Assembly: GCA_001179505.1 (NCBI GenBank) | Contig: CDMY01000544.1 | Location: 1 to 54,731 of the forward strand | Source: Vitrella brassicaformis CCMP3155 | Taxonomy: Eukaryota > Protista > Chromerida | Length of the DNA: 54,731 bases | Reading direction: 5' to 3' | In this document: piece after piece, positions 34,545 through 48,156 of the stretch | Layout of the letters: every line of letters starts with the position of its first letter | Numbering within the stretch: position 1 is the stretch's first letter | Notes under the pieces: generated by a model | The model's database searches: none | Told to the model about the DNA's origin: nothing | The model's input: the letters and a program-made list of their open reading frames with translations, nothing else | Position numbers and translations under genes: made by a program

Positions 34545-34779
34545 CCGACGGGCCAGCCGGCTTAGCTACCTATCAGTGGGGGGGAGGGGTGGAGGGAGGG
34601 GGTGATGGCTGCATAGGAGGCGATAGGATGAGTGAATGGCCGTGCAATCGTAAGACGGTGCTGCTTCGGCTCATTCGGGGGCGTTGACAGTCTGTCTGTC
34701 TGGCTGGATGACTGTGTGTCCGTCCCTTTTGCCGGCTGCCTGTGTTGGTATTTGTTCGTCTGGCTGTCTGTGTACATAT

Positions 34780-34870
34780 GTGTGTGTGTGTACGTATACA
34801 TGTGCTTATGTATGTACTTATGTATACATGTATGTATGAGTGTATGTATGTACGTACACGTGTGTTTGTG
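34780..34870 (+). repeat. (TATG)n/(TG)n microsatellite tract
   Basis: Directly visible degenerate tetranucleotide repeat. Confidence 0.8.
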
Positions 34871-35390
34871 GGTATGGCCCATGGCATTCATCGCGAGATC
34901 TGCAATCTGTGCTATTTTTGTCGTCGTGTGTGGGTCTTGTTTGCTTCTCCCTGTCTGTCTGTGTTGTCTCTCCGGTGTGTAGGCCTTCACAAACTCATAT
35001 CGCTCCTGCATATATACGGCGTGTGGAGGCGGATCGAGCGAGAAAGAAGAAGAGCGACTTTGACACAGGGCGGGACTGCATATTTGTCTGTCTGTCTGTC
35101 TGTCTTGAGTGTGTGTGAGAGAGAGTGTCGGTGGTGTGCAGTTTGCGTGTACAGGCAGCCGTGGATGAAGGGACAGAGGGTGTGTAGGAGAACACTACTG
35201 GCGATCCTTTACATGCAGACACACGCTGTGTGAGCAATCGTGAACAGTTGCGAAACCCAAGCAGCTACTGAAAAACCAACGTTGCTTCGACTTTCAGACA
35301 TCCGGGCGAGACACAGATTGAGGCAGGATCGTCCGTCTCATTTGGTGTATGTTTTTCATCCACAGGCCGTGCAGTCAGTTGGTGTCCCGC

Positions 35391-38300
35391 CTATTTGATC
35401 TTCGCCTCCATCGTCGTCAATCGCTCGTACACTTCTGTCTGCATTTTGTTTTGCTGTATCTGCACCTCCAGCAGTTGCCTCCGCGCCTCTGCCAGTTGTC
35501 TTTGCATCTCCCGCAAGGCTGACATGCAAGGCACAAACGCAGACACGGATGGGCTTCTTAGAAAAGTGTTTCTGTCACACCTGGCTGGATCTCGGCTTTG
35601 ACGTACGCTTTGAAGTGCGTTACGGCTGCAGCACAAACGAAACACGGCCTTTTCATCCCTCCGGTGTCCTGCCTGTCTGCCTGTGTGGCCGTGACTTCGT
35701 CGGTGTCTCACCTGCCATGACGTCAGGTACGCTCGAGTCGTGATGGTCTGCCGCCTCGATCCACTTGTCGATGCTGTCTTTGAATGCGTCCCGTGCCTTA
35801 CGCCTCTCATGAGCCGTCTCCGGACTCTCACCTTCGCTTTCGGTGGCGTCAAAAGAAAACAACGACTCCTACACGAACATTGCAGAGAAACGAGACGGGG
35901 TCATTGATTGTCTCATGTGACTTGTTGACCCTCACTTGGTCGGCGTATTCGCGCAGAAGAAGGTCACGGCCGGTGTATTGGCACAGAAAAAGAACGGGCA
36001 TCAGGAGGATGTAAAGGGGCGCGCGCAGCACTGCGCCATAGTTTCCCTCCCGAATCCTTCGTGGGACCCCCTCCAGCATTTTGTAGATGGCCACGGGTGT
36101 GAAGGCGACAACAAGCAGGAGTCCGTCGACGGTTGAGTAGACGGCCTTCATCGTCCAGAAGGCAATGCGGCAGAGTACCGACTGCTCTCGCCGTTGTTCG
36201 CTGATGAGTGAGGCGAGATACCGCAGAGGCTCCGACACGACCAAAGCTGCACAGACAGATGCCCACATGTGATGGGCCGGGTGCAGTTCATGTCTCTCGT
36301 CGCACCGACCGATGAGGTTGAATGGCGGCGGCAGGCGCTCGTGATGGGGGAGCTTCAGGTACTCATTCAGCACGCGGATGCGCAGCAGCCTGCAGAGAAC
36401 AGCGGAGAGACAGAGAAAGTCCTCATGTGCCGCTGTCATCGATCTGTCTCGCTCGTTGGTTGTCTTCACTCACTGGTATTGTGCAGCCTGTGTCTCTTCG
36501 ATGGCCGCATACGTCGACGCCTGACAGACACAGATAGGAGCGTTGATCAGTCATGTGGCCACTCGATGTCTCGTATGTGTGTTTCTCGTCTGTCTCACCA
36601 TGATGGCGATGAGCAGGTTGAGCTGTTTATTCACACCGGCAGACACAGAGAGAGACAAGACATGGAGTCCGTGTCTGTGTGCCTCGTCCATCGGTACGTC
36701 TTACGAGTATGATGGAGGAGAGGATGACGTATGTGAACAGCAGGACGGCCCCCAGCGTGTCGTGGCTCTCTATGGCGTTGGTCAGCGCCTCGTTGAACTC
36801 ACCAAGGCCGGCATAGAAACTGCACAACACAACAAGACGAAGACGGGCAGGTGTCCCTTTCCTCTGTGTCTTCTCATGAGGTCGCATGCGCACAGTGTGA
36901 GTGTGGCTTTGGGGAAGGAGCCGAAGTACTGGTGGTCTTCGTCGGACGAGAGGAGGGTGAAGACGCCCGCGAAGACCAGCAGGATGTAGACGTACAGACA
37001 CAGAAACATGCTGATGTCCGAAAACATCCTCACAACCGCACTGACACACACACCCGTCACACACAGCATGAGACACCAGCTGTATGTTTGGCTGCCTGGC
37101 TCACTGACAGTATGAGTGGTCCCACGGTTGGGTGCAGGCTGGCGGTTTGGAGGAGGCGCAGAGCAAAGAGCAGCGCGACGACTATGCCTGAGCCGACCTC
37201 TGCTTCTGAGGACCACCCGATGAAATGGATGGTAATGAAGGCGGCGATTGCCAGTGAACAAGCCAGGTCCACGTAGTTCCTGATTATTGTGCCCACACAC
37301 CGACAGCACACAAATGGAGCCAGCAAAGACGGTTGGCTCTGCACGTCTGACGCATACCATGAGTCGGCCCAATACGCTGCCTTCAGGCGGATGCCCTACA
37401 CACATACAAAGAGCATAGAGAGGACAGTGCATCTCAGTATTGATAAGTGCAGATCAGGCATTTCTCCTCTCGTCTGGCTTACTTGGAACAACTCCAGAAG
37501 GATGAAGGCTGTGCCCGTCGGCAGTGCACCCCACAGCCACACCCCCGGCATCATCACATCGCTGTCTCCCTTGATTGACTCGATGTGCAGCAGCACAAAG
37601 GCCACCCTGCAATACGCAGAGAGAGAAGAGGTGCCATGCTTCTTTGCCTCCATCGTTGTGCCTGGCTCCACCGTCTTACATCGAGAGCATTGAGAGCACG
37701 CGGGTAATGAAAATGTCACGGGGGGCAATCTGAATCGATGCTTCGACTGGTGGTCGCCAATACCTTTCGACGAGAGAGATGCAGTTGGCTGTCACAATCA
37801 TGCGCAGCAGGAAAACGAAGAGACATGAAGCGGACAGGCTGAGAGGGAGGGGAAATCTTCTGTGTGGGTTACGTTGTGTGACGACTGTCAAAGGCTCAGC
37901 GGACTCGAGCAGCGTAAGCCATTCTCTCTCTTTGCCCCGGAGTGACTGCCCGAATCGGTCTCCTGTTGTTTCACTACAGAACGCTACCACAAGTGCCTGA
38001 ACGGGTCGTATAATGCAAAAATGGAAGACGCTGTGTGTGCTAGGGGTTGTCTACCTCCATCTAACTTGCCGTATTCTCAAAATCACTGCACACGAAAAGA
38101 GGCGCATATCTGCGTTGCCTTGGTTGGATTATCTGTTCATCCCACTCTGTGAGGGAGTCTTTCGGTCGTGACTTCATCAGTTGGCGAAATACGGAACACC
38201 ACCTGAGACTGTCGACGCCCAGCGAATCACATCGTCGCACGTACTGTCCGAAGCCGTATTTCGCGTAAGGGACCGCTTTGGAAAGGAGCTCTGGCTGCTG

Positions 38301-39751
38301 CAGCACGCGGCTGAGACCCTCCTCATCTTCCCCGAGCAGCTCCATGGTCAACTCTCCAGCTGCGGCAAGCATCGCACCGACGATCTTCGTTTTCGTTCCC
38401 TCGAGGTCCAAGTGGAGGGCATAATCCAGAGGCGTCCTTCCGTCCTGGCAGAGTCATATGAAGATAGATAATATCGACACAAAGCTCGATAGGTGCAGTA
38501 CATCCTACGTCGTTTTTGATCTTCAAGAGCTGTGGGTTTACCCTCAACATCCACTCCACCACATCGACATGGCCCTCGTCTGCAGGAGAGACACGCACGT
38601 TGAAGACTCATGCACTCGTGTGGCTGTCGTTTCCACGAGTGGCTGACTTGCTGCCGCATGATGAAGAGGCGTGTTGCCAGTCTGAACCACAGCATGAACA
38701 AGACACATGCTCTCCAATGCACCAGTCGACATTCCTTCATCCTTACGTTGTCCTGAGCTTCCAGCAGTTCCTTTCCCCCCCACTCGACAAACTTCTCCGC
38801 AACATCAACTGACCCTTTTGCTGCTGCCAAATGAAGAGGCGTCCGGCCAAACTACAGACACAGCAAGAAGGCAGGAGTGAACACATCGGTCAGCTAATGG
38901 GCAGAATGAGTGTAATTGTCGAGCACGCTACCTCATCTTTCAGTTTGAGCAGATGCCGTCGGTTGTGCAGCAGCACCTCAAACACCTCCACATCCTTGCA
39001 CACCCCTGAGGAGCACACACGGGGGCCACTCAGCTGCATCATGTGTGTGCAGTGATGCGATGAGGCAGACGTGCGGCGAAATTAACGGCAGATCTTGTTA
39101 TGTCCCCGTAATCCGGTCCCCAACACCATTCTCGAGTCGTCAGCACTTTCTCGGCTTGCTCAGGCGACAGACCGTCGAGGGCCTTCCGCAGGTCCTCCGA
39201 ATCTGATTCCTTGATGGCCATTGGGTTCCAGATGGCATCCCTGATGCTGTCTGTCAGGTCACGTGGCGCTTCCCAATCGTCGGCGGCCGGGGCGCACACC
39301 AAGGGAACCTGCAGATGACACACAGACGGACGAGAGGCATCAAAGTCGACTGACACCAACAGACCTGCTCGAAGCGTCTCGGTGCCTTGGTGATGTCATC
39401 GGTGACGTCGGGCAGCTGGGGCTCCATCAGCCCTTAGCCATCGTCCAGCAGCAGAGGAATGTGCTCACTCGAGGCCGACGCCATCTGCAGTGGACAGACG
39501 GACACAGACACCACTCCTCAGAGGCAGCCGCTGGCCACTGTGCAACGAGGGCATTGCAGGGTGACCTTGGGATGGTCTGTCTGTATGTGGTGGATGGCCT
39601 GCTGTGCGGCAGCGTCGCCCTCGTCGACTCTCGGCAGCTGGATGTAGCACGCCTCACCAACACCACTGGGGCGTCTGTGGCCGTCTCTCACACTGTCGCC
39701 CTCTTGGCCCTGCAGACGGGGGCTGCGCTGTGTGTGCAGCAAACCCCACAT
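35391..39751 (-). pseudogene. Ankyrin-repeat TRP-like channel, copy B (in-frame TAG at 38061-38063)
   Basis: Ankyrins are FGRTPLHLAA, TGNTPLHHAA and DGRTPLDYA, and the TM/pore/LPPPFNLI region is complete. The exon DFENTAS-TAG-ME corresponds to DFEKTAG-TGG-VE in copy A. Confidence 0.8.
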
Positions 39752-39857
39752 CTCCGCCTCACGCTGGATACAGGGCGAGACGCCTATGCCCCCCCTCTCC
39801 GCCCCCAGCAGCAGCACATAGAACTCTGTAAACGCTCGGGTCCCAGTCAAAAATAAA

Positions 39858-40654
39858 ATGGCTTTGGCTCTGACGCCACGCGGCTCCCCTCTCTTCGGGC
39901 AGGGCTGTGTTGTGCTGCCAGGCTCGCCTTATCCATCGCACAAGGCCACCCGAGGCAAACAGCGGCAGCTCAGCAATGCGCGAGATCTGGACGGCCCGGC
40001 GGTCAACACGAGGTCCAAGGCCAAGAGCAGGACCAAATCTAAGAAGGCCCCGGGCATGAGTACCAAGGCACTGACGGTGGGTACGGTGAGCACGGCGGTG
40101 GATGATGATAAGGACTCGGTGAGCGTGGGTTCATGGGACTCGGCCATGATGGACATGGACGAGGTGGAGATGGAGGATGGCCAGGGGGAGCAGAGAGGTG
40201 GTGATACGGAGGGAGGCAGCCCCTCGGATGCATCGCACATGGTGGGTGGTCGGATGGGTGTGTGGATGGATGGATTCATGGTGTCTTGTGGATGCTCATT
40301 CACTGCAGGGGGCACTGTACAATATCGCCTGCAGCCCGTCCCCCCCGCCCGAACAAGGAGACACGTACGTCAGTGCCAGCTACGAATAGACCAACACCAA
40401 CACCGTTTCTCTTCTCTTCGTATGTGTGCAGGCGCACCGACTCGCCGTCCTTCATGGCCATGGAGTCCCCTCCCCGTCCACACTACCCCTACCTCACACT
40501 CAGAACCACCCCCCACATGACCTTCGCCCCTCCCCCTCCCCGTCCCTCCTCCCCGCCCACAGACACCGATCACAAGCGCAAGAAGCCGGCCAACGTGTCG
40601 CCGTCCCCGTCGGTGTCCGTGTCCGATCTCATCGCACCGGGCAGCAAGCCCTAG
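39858..40654 (+). CDS. Low-complexity Ser/Pro/acidic hypothetical protein with basic patches
   Basis: Long first exon plus 2 GT-AG exons ending ..APGSKP-TAG. Confidence 0.5.
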
Positions 40655-40934
40655 AAGGCCCGGCTGTGTCTGGAGATTGGACGGGGGACGGGGAGGGAGG
40701 GGTTGGACAGATATGGGGGTTTGTTGGGTGTGTCTGAGGTGGCAGAGATGCTTGAGGTTGCGGCGTGGGTGGTGCGGCTGCCTGAGGGGCGGTGCTTCTG
40801 GGCCATGGGCATGCCGGCCGATGTGGCACAGAACGTTCCCGCACTGGTCCGCACGTAGAAAGAAAGAAACCAGGTGTGGTGCATCCTCTGATCTGTCCGT
40901 CCGTCTGTGTCATTGTTGGTTGTGTGTCCGTCAG

Positions 40935-41635
40935 GTTGATAAGGTGTTTGGCGAGTATGTGTCTCTGCTCCACTGCCACGCCCTCCTGCCGGCACTGCAG
41001 CGTGCGGCCGACGAGTGCAACGCATCGGACGTGGTGGTCAAGGCGGCAGATGAGGCGCACAGGGGGTTCCCTAACACTGCATTTTGGAAGGTCATTGATT
41101 GATAGATACACACGGAGGGGAGGGGGAGAGAACACACCGACGGATATGTGGTGGTGTGTGTTGTGTTGTGTTGTGTGTTGGCAGGTAGAGGGCTGCAAGC
41201 GTCGCTGTGATGAGATTCTGCGCAAGGCCGTCACCGAATGGACCGATGACGAGGCCATGGAGGTGACTGAAGAGTCGACACACACACATCCCGTCACATG
41301 AGACCTGAATGCCCTTTCCCTGTGTCTCTTCTGCTCTGATGTGTCAGTACTACAGCTGTGTGAGCCGCCGCATCACGCCCTGTGAGGCCCTGACACGCCG
41401 CTGCCCCTTCCTGGCAAGCCAAGACCTCTTCCCCCCACACACGCAGCTGACCATCGAAGAGGCGGGCGGCCGCAACACACAACATGCCGGCACCCACCAG
41501 TGGCTCCTGGGGCCACCCGCCTCAGATGGCGGCGATTGTCCGGCCACGCAAAACGAGGGGCGGGGGCAAGTGAGATGTGGGTGCGTGTGTGGTTTGTATG
41601 TTGGCGTAGGAGTGCTATTGACGTGGTGCATGTGA
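40935..41635 (+). CDS. Hypothetical protein exons (start unresolved)
   Basis: In-frame exons give VDKVFGEY..AFWK|VEGCKRR..EAME|YYSCVSRR.. Confidence 0.4.
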
Positions 41636-41768
41636 CGTAGAGTGTAGGACAGGCTGTCTTGACGTCTGATTGTCCAGGTGCACGGAAGTAATTCACAGAT
41701 TTCTCACATCGGTTCACCATTGGTCACACTATACACACACAGCCCTAGCTATCAGGCTCTTTCCCGCT

Positions 41769-43215
41769 CTACTCCGTCGCGGTCGTCTTTGCGGGCGCCG
41801 CATTCTGTGATGCGGCGTAGGCAGCCTTCAGACATGCCCGCATCTCCTTCCCTGACACAACTCGACACAGACATCAACACACACGATACATGTCGGCGTC
41901 AGGGGTGTTACCAATGCACTTACCGATCGCTCTGCAGATCTCCTCAGCACGGCCCAGGAGCTGCACACAGGCAGTGACAAAGAACAATGATGGATGCCGG
42001 CAGTGTCGGACGGCCCACCGCACCTGTTCTGCGCATGTGGGGTTGAGCAGGCTGCCGGTGCCGTGCAGAAAGCAGATGGACGAGCCCGAGGTGGCGATGC
42101 CCACGTGCATCTCGGTGCACTGACCGCTGCTCAGCCAACAAGCCTCCTCCTGACACACCGGGACCGATCAGACAGCTGTATGGGTGTTTATATGGATCGT
42201 GGTGCTGACGCACTCACTGCGGCAGTGAGGTCCGACAGGTACACGACGTTCTGCGAGGTGTCACTGGGGACTTCCATGCAGTACTGGACACATACACAAC
42301 ATACACACATACTCCCAGGTCCCGCTGTCGCTCTTTATGGAGTTTCACTCACCAGCGATGTGGCTGTGACGATGTCAGTCATCTCAAGGCCTGGGGTAGC
42401 CACACACACACATAAAATGTGCGTGTGCGTGTGTCTTGCGCACCGACCAGCATGTGCCGCTGCAAGCGATATGGCGTTGAAGCACGCACTCAGCACACCT
42501 GATTGACCATCAGACATATGCCTTGGGTGGAGAGAGGGCGGAGCATGCGAATGTGTGTGTACCTCCGTCGTCTTCGAGTACGATGCATGTGATGTCGATG
42601 ACGCTCTTGGCGTACCGTTCCACCAGAATGATCGACTCAAACGCCTCACTCAACATGCCCACCAGATACCTCTCGCGCTCAGCCTGCCAGCCAGCCAGGC
42701 CGCCACACACCGTGTGTATACCATCCCAGTGTGTGACCGACTGACCATGGATGTGCGTGACGGCACGGCGAAGGGGGCGAACTTGAGGTCAATGTTGACG
42801 GCCCCGCTGCTGGACGTCCTCGCCTGACGCATCGACTGGCGAGGGCCATACCTGTGTGACACACACACATGCACACACAAACGAAGAGATGCATGGAGAG
42901 GGAGTGACGCTATCTCCTTAGCGAATGAGTCAATGAATGGCGTTGCATCCTTACACAGCTGAGAGGGCTTTGGTCTTGCCGATCTGGAAGAAAGCTGACC
43001 CGACGGCACTCGATATCGGCCCTGTCTGCATCTCTGCATCAAGCACACAGCATCAGCAAACAGATGGACACCCCGCGATGGCTCATTCCCTGCCTCTTAC
43101 CGATATCTCTGACGTCTTCATTGGTCCGTCCATCGCTTCTCTCCGCTGCACCAAATGACACAGTCGGTGCAGGCGGAACGTCTGGAGGCAGCGGGCGATA
43201 GGTTGCGGCGTCCAT
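41769..43215 (-). CDS. Exosome RNase PH-like subunit, Mtr3/Rrp41L type
   Basis: Motifs are RSDGRTNEDVR, QTGPISSAVGSAFFQIGKTKALSAVYGPR, VNIDLKFAPFA, KSVIDITCIVLEDDGG and LSACFNAISLA. Confidence 0.9.
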
Positions 43216-43317
43216 TTTGCGTTGGGAGTTCGACAATGAGTCTGCGAGCTTAGTAGCTTGCATTCCCTTTGGTTCCATCTCTCAAGTTTCTTCCCTTTGC
43301 GGTGCAAAGTCATCGCG

Positions 43318-45727
43318 ATGAGGATCATGGAGAGAGCGACCGAGATGGTGTTCAGTTTGATTGACAGCATACGGCAGCACCAGCTGGCCCACAGGACGGT
43401 GTGTTACCTCGTGATATCCCTCTGGTTCTTCCGGGCCATCGACAACCACAACCTGTACTTCCTCAACACTTTCCCCGAGGGGCCAAGGAACATCCTCACC
43501 CGCACCACCACCGCCAGTAGCCTGTGAGCCCCACCGCCCGTGACCCCCACATGGGCGCTTCCAGCTCTCTGTTGTGCCGTTGCTGCTGCCAACAAGACAC
43601 AACAGAGGGGCGCATGTTGGAGGCGGGCAGAGTCTACGACGAGAACCAGATTGTGGTGGGCGACTCGGAGAGGGGCGGCTCCGGCGACGCCAGCAGCAGC
43701 CGATCGCGAGACATCGACGTGGCCTCCCAACACACGCAGAGAAGAGACTGGTTCGCCGCCCCGTTCCACCAGTGCATGATGGCCGACTCGCCCAAAGCAT
43801 CGCAGCAGAGGAAAAGTAGGCAGGCCAGCCAGCCGTCAGACAGGCCGGGGAGGCCGTCCGTGAGAACCAGGCCGAGAGAAGAGTCGAGGGCAGATGACGC
43901 CGCATCGTCCGCACCACCCAGCGAAGAGTCGCAGCAGCCGCAGGCGGCCCCTTCTCTGCCTTCGAGGCTGATGAATCTGCGGAAGGATGTGTCGAGTGCG
44001 TCTGTTGGGACCAAGAAGACGGCGAGTGGGAAGTTGTATGCGATGCGGGTCAAGTTGAAGGACGGCAACGAGTACACTGGAGAGGTCGACAAGAGAAACC
44101 GGCCACACGGGACGGGCAAACTCACATACAAGGACGGGTGAGGATGCGAACAGGGGCCAGTGGTTGCATGTGGTATTGCGTATTGTGTCGTGTCTCCGTT
44201 TTCTGTTCGTTCAGGAGTGTGTACAGCGGTGAGTTCAAAGACGGCAAGAGGCACGGATACGGCCTCATATTCTACAATGACGGCACAAGGTGAATAACAT
44301 CGCCAATCTGACCTTTCTGTCGAAATTGGTATGTCTCTGTGCGTCTGTGTGTGTACTGTGTTGTCAGGTACACGGGTCAGTTTGTGGATGACTACCGTGA
44401 GGGTGAGGGGCGCGAAGTCACACCTGACGACACCATCTACGTCGGCACATTCAGGTGGATGAACGATGGAATAGTGAACGAGAGGAAGGCACCCATTTGA
44501 CTCATGTACGTGTCTCCGTCTCTCCATTACCTGGCATACAGGGGCGGTTTGTGTGAGGGCCGCGGTGTCCTGACCACACGGGAAGGCCTCCATTATGAAG
44601 GCAAGCGCACGGTTGTTTTGGCTTCGCACGCTGCATCCATCAGTCCATCCGTGGGTATGTGTGTGCAGGTGACTTTGCTGACGGCGATGCGAGCGGCTTC
44701 GGCCGCCTCACATACCCCGACGGACGCACCTACGAGGGGGAGGTCAGCCCAGCCGCACACACGACACACCGATGGAGACACAATGAATGAATGAATGAAT
44801 GAATGCCGCACGCAGCACAGTCATTTGTGTGTCCGTGTGTCTGTTCAGTTCCTGGCTGGCTGGAGTCACGGCAAGGGCATCATGACCTTCAAGAATGGCG
44901 TTAAGTACGAGGGACAAATCGTAGACGACAAACGAGAGGGAAAGGTAAGATGATGAGCAACCGCACACACGTACGGTGGATCATCGTGTATGTGTGGGTT
45001 TCATTCACTCAGGGTTTGATGACTTGGCCCGACGGCAGCTCTTACTTCGGCTACTGGAAGGACGGCAAACAAGAGGGTAAACAGACAGATGACACAGCAA
45101 ATGGACGTTTTTCATAGGAATCCATTGCCGAGCTTTGTGTGTGTCTTTACGTATTCAGGCAAGGGCGTGTGGACGTCGGCCGACAAGACCAAGAAATACG
45201 GGCTATTCAAAGATGGAAAGGTCAGCAACCGCATCCCCACACGCATTGGATTGAGAGAGAAATGCGCGTGGATTGATTGGCTCGTTTGTTCAGCCTGTGC
45301 GTTGGATGCGTCCGCCTCCGAAGGGCGGCAAGAGCAGACTGTCACCGGAGGCCGGCTCGCAGCGAAGCGACTCGGGCCTTCTCTCATCAGGCTCATTCCA
45401 ACAAATGCCAGACACCGTAAGTGTGCGATGTGAGACATGCATCGGATGCACAGACAGACAGACAGACAGACAGAGACACCCACTCAACACGCCTACAGGC
45501 TTCCATTCTGTCTGCAGCAGGCGACCCCCTCTCCGCTTCACCAGTCCCCCCCGGCCAGCCGTCAGTCGAGTGTCCCCCAGCAGCCTGCAAGGAAGCTGCC
45601 CAAGCCGCCAGGCACCCCATTCCCACCGCAGAGAGCCGGCGAGAAGAAAAATGTCATGATCAGGGCGCCGGAGGACGCCAAGAAGGGGCAGAGACCGGCA
45701 GGGGGAGGGGGAGGGGCCAGGAGATGA
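43318..45727 (+). CDS. MORN-repeat protein with N-terminal hydrophobic segment
   Basis: About 8 repeats of YxGxFxDGxxxGxG (YTGEVDKRNRPHGTG, YSGEFKDGKRHGYG, YEGQIVDDKREGKG, YFGYWKDGKQEGKG) and a Pro/Ser-rich tail. Confidence 0.9.
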
Positions 45728-46581
45728 GATTTTTGCTCTCCACGGGTCTTGATGGCTGTGTGTATGTGCCTGTGTACTGCGTATCCGTGCCATGCATGTG
45801 TGTGTCGATAGGCTCTCATTGTGCGTGTTGCCGTCTGTCTTGGGGGGCTTACGCTTGTTCGCCATCCGCCCTCTCCTGCTATCGAACCACCTATCGCACC
45901 TATCTGCCTAGGGATTCCGTACATAGGTTTCCATGGACATAAGCCCGTTTGTAGCCTTTAGGCCACTCGCATATTGTATCACGGTACGTGTGTTGCGCTG
46001 GAGGTACATGTTGTGCATGGGACAGACCTTTCCCTCCGTACGTGGCTTGATAAACACCATCTTAAATCCACAAAGAAGTGTGCACAGTAACGTAACTGGT
46101 CGAACTTCACATGCGCAGAGAAGGAGCCGACGGAAGACGAAGCCACCTGCATATCTCTTCCCTGTCTGCCTGTGTGCTTCGGGAGGCAGGTGAGCACCTG
46201 CACGTGACAAGCACGTTGCGGCGGACGTTTCCCTTGGTACGTGGCTTGCTGAAGGGACGTCCAATCCACGAAGACTGTGTGTGTGCATGTGTGCGTGTGT
46301 GTGTGAGTGAGTGTGGTGGGTATGAAAACAATTCAGACAAGGGAGACCGAAGAGAAGCCGCCTAAGCTGGCCCCACTCACATATCTCGCCTCAGCTTCCC
46401 TCGCACGATGAGTTTCTCTTTCCACTCCCATGTCTCTCCACGACCCCATTCGGGCAGAGGTCAGTTATGAGGTTTGGAAGCTGAAGGTTGTCCCACGGAT
46501 TGAGGCACGTCGGCAACTGATATCTCCGTGGACGATCATCACATCTAATGTATGCTTTTCATCCAAAGGGGGCCGTGCCGG

Positions 46582-48121
46582 CTATTTGATATTCGCCTTG
46601 ATGTATGCTTCCATTTGTTTTTGCTGTGTCCGCACCTCCGCCAGTTGTGTCTGCATGTCCCGCAAGGCTGAGGTGCAAGGTAAATGCAGACACAAATGGG
46701 TTGAGAAAGAGGGTTTCTGTCACCTGGCTGGATCTCGGCTTTCAGGGCTGCAAGAGACCGAGACAGTTGCCCTCCTCGTGAAACGCCTTAATACCTGCCT
46801 GTCTTTCTGTGTATCTCACCTGCCATGACGTCAGGTACGCTCGAGTCGTGATGATCTGCCGCCTCAATCCACTTGTCGATGCTGTCTTTTATTTTGTCCC
46901 GCGCTTCACGCCTCTCACGAGCCATTGTCGAGCTGTCAGTTTCGTTGAACCCAGAAGAAAACGACGACTCCTACACGAACATTCCAGAGAAGTGAGGCGT
47001 GGCCATTTCCTGTCTCATCTCGTGTACTTTTTGACCCTCACTAGCTGGGCATATCGGTACAGAAGAAAAAGGGGCATCACGAGGATGACAAGTACTAGGC
47101 ACAGTACCATCCCATAGGGCCCCTTCCGTATCGTCCGTTGGATGTCCTCCAGCGCTTTGTAGATGGCCACGGGTGTGAAGGAGACACCAACAAGGAGTGC
47201 GTCGACGGTGACGTAGAGGGCCTTCATCGACCAGAAGGCAATGCAGCAGAGTGCCGACTCTTCTCTCCGTTGTTCGCTGATGAGGGAGGCGAGATATCGC
47301 AGGGGCTCCGACACGACCACAGCTGCACACACACAGACGCCCACATGTGATGGATGCAGTTCATCTCTCTTGTGGCACCGACCGATGAGGTTGAATGGCG
47401 GTGGGAGGCGCTCGTGGTGGGGCATTGTCGAGTACTCATTCAACACGCGGATGCGCAGCAGCCTGCGTAGATCAGCGGAGAGAGGGGCCATTATGTGCCG
47501 CTGTTTGTCTGTCTCCCTTGTCTCTGATACTGGTATTGTGCAGCCTGTGTCTCCTCGATGGCCGCAAACGTCGACGCCTAATGGTGACACACACACGCAT
47601 TATCCGTCGCCCACTCGATGTCCTGTGTGTGTCTCGTGTTTGTCTCACCATGATGGCGATGAGCAGGTTGAGCTATTGATACGCAGCGGCAGACACAGAG
47701 AGAGAAGACAGGGAGGCTGTCCTTCTGTGTGCCTCGTTCATCGGTGCGTTACGTACGAGTATGATGGACGAGAGGATGACGTATGTGAACAGCAGGACGG
47801 CCCCCAGCGTGTCGTGGCTCTCTATGGCGTTGGTCAGCGCCTCGTTGAAGTCGCCCTGTCCAGCGTAGAAACTGCACAACACAACAAGACGGAGAGAGGC
47901 AGCTGTCCCTTTCCTCTGTGTCTTCCCATGAGGTCCCATGCGCACAGAGTGAGTGTGGCTTTGGGGAAGGAGCCGAAGTACTGGTGGTCTTCGTCGGACG
48001 AGAGGAGGGTGAAGACGACCGCGAAGACCAGCAGGATGTAGAGGTACAGACACAGAAACATGCTGATGTCCGAAAACATCCTCACAACCGCACTGACACA
48101 CACACAACGGTCGCACCTCTT

Positions 48122-48156
<35 letters not shown>

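Noticed and set aside
46025-46250. Short imperfect direct repeat (TTTCCC..GTACGTGGCTTG) in an intergenic region
   Set aside because: Only two short copies with no terminal structure, so insufficient to call a MITE.
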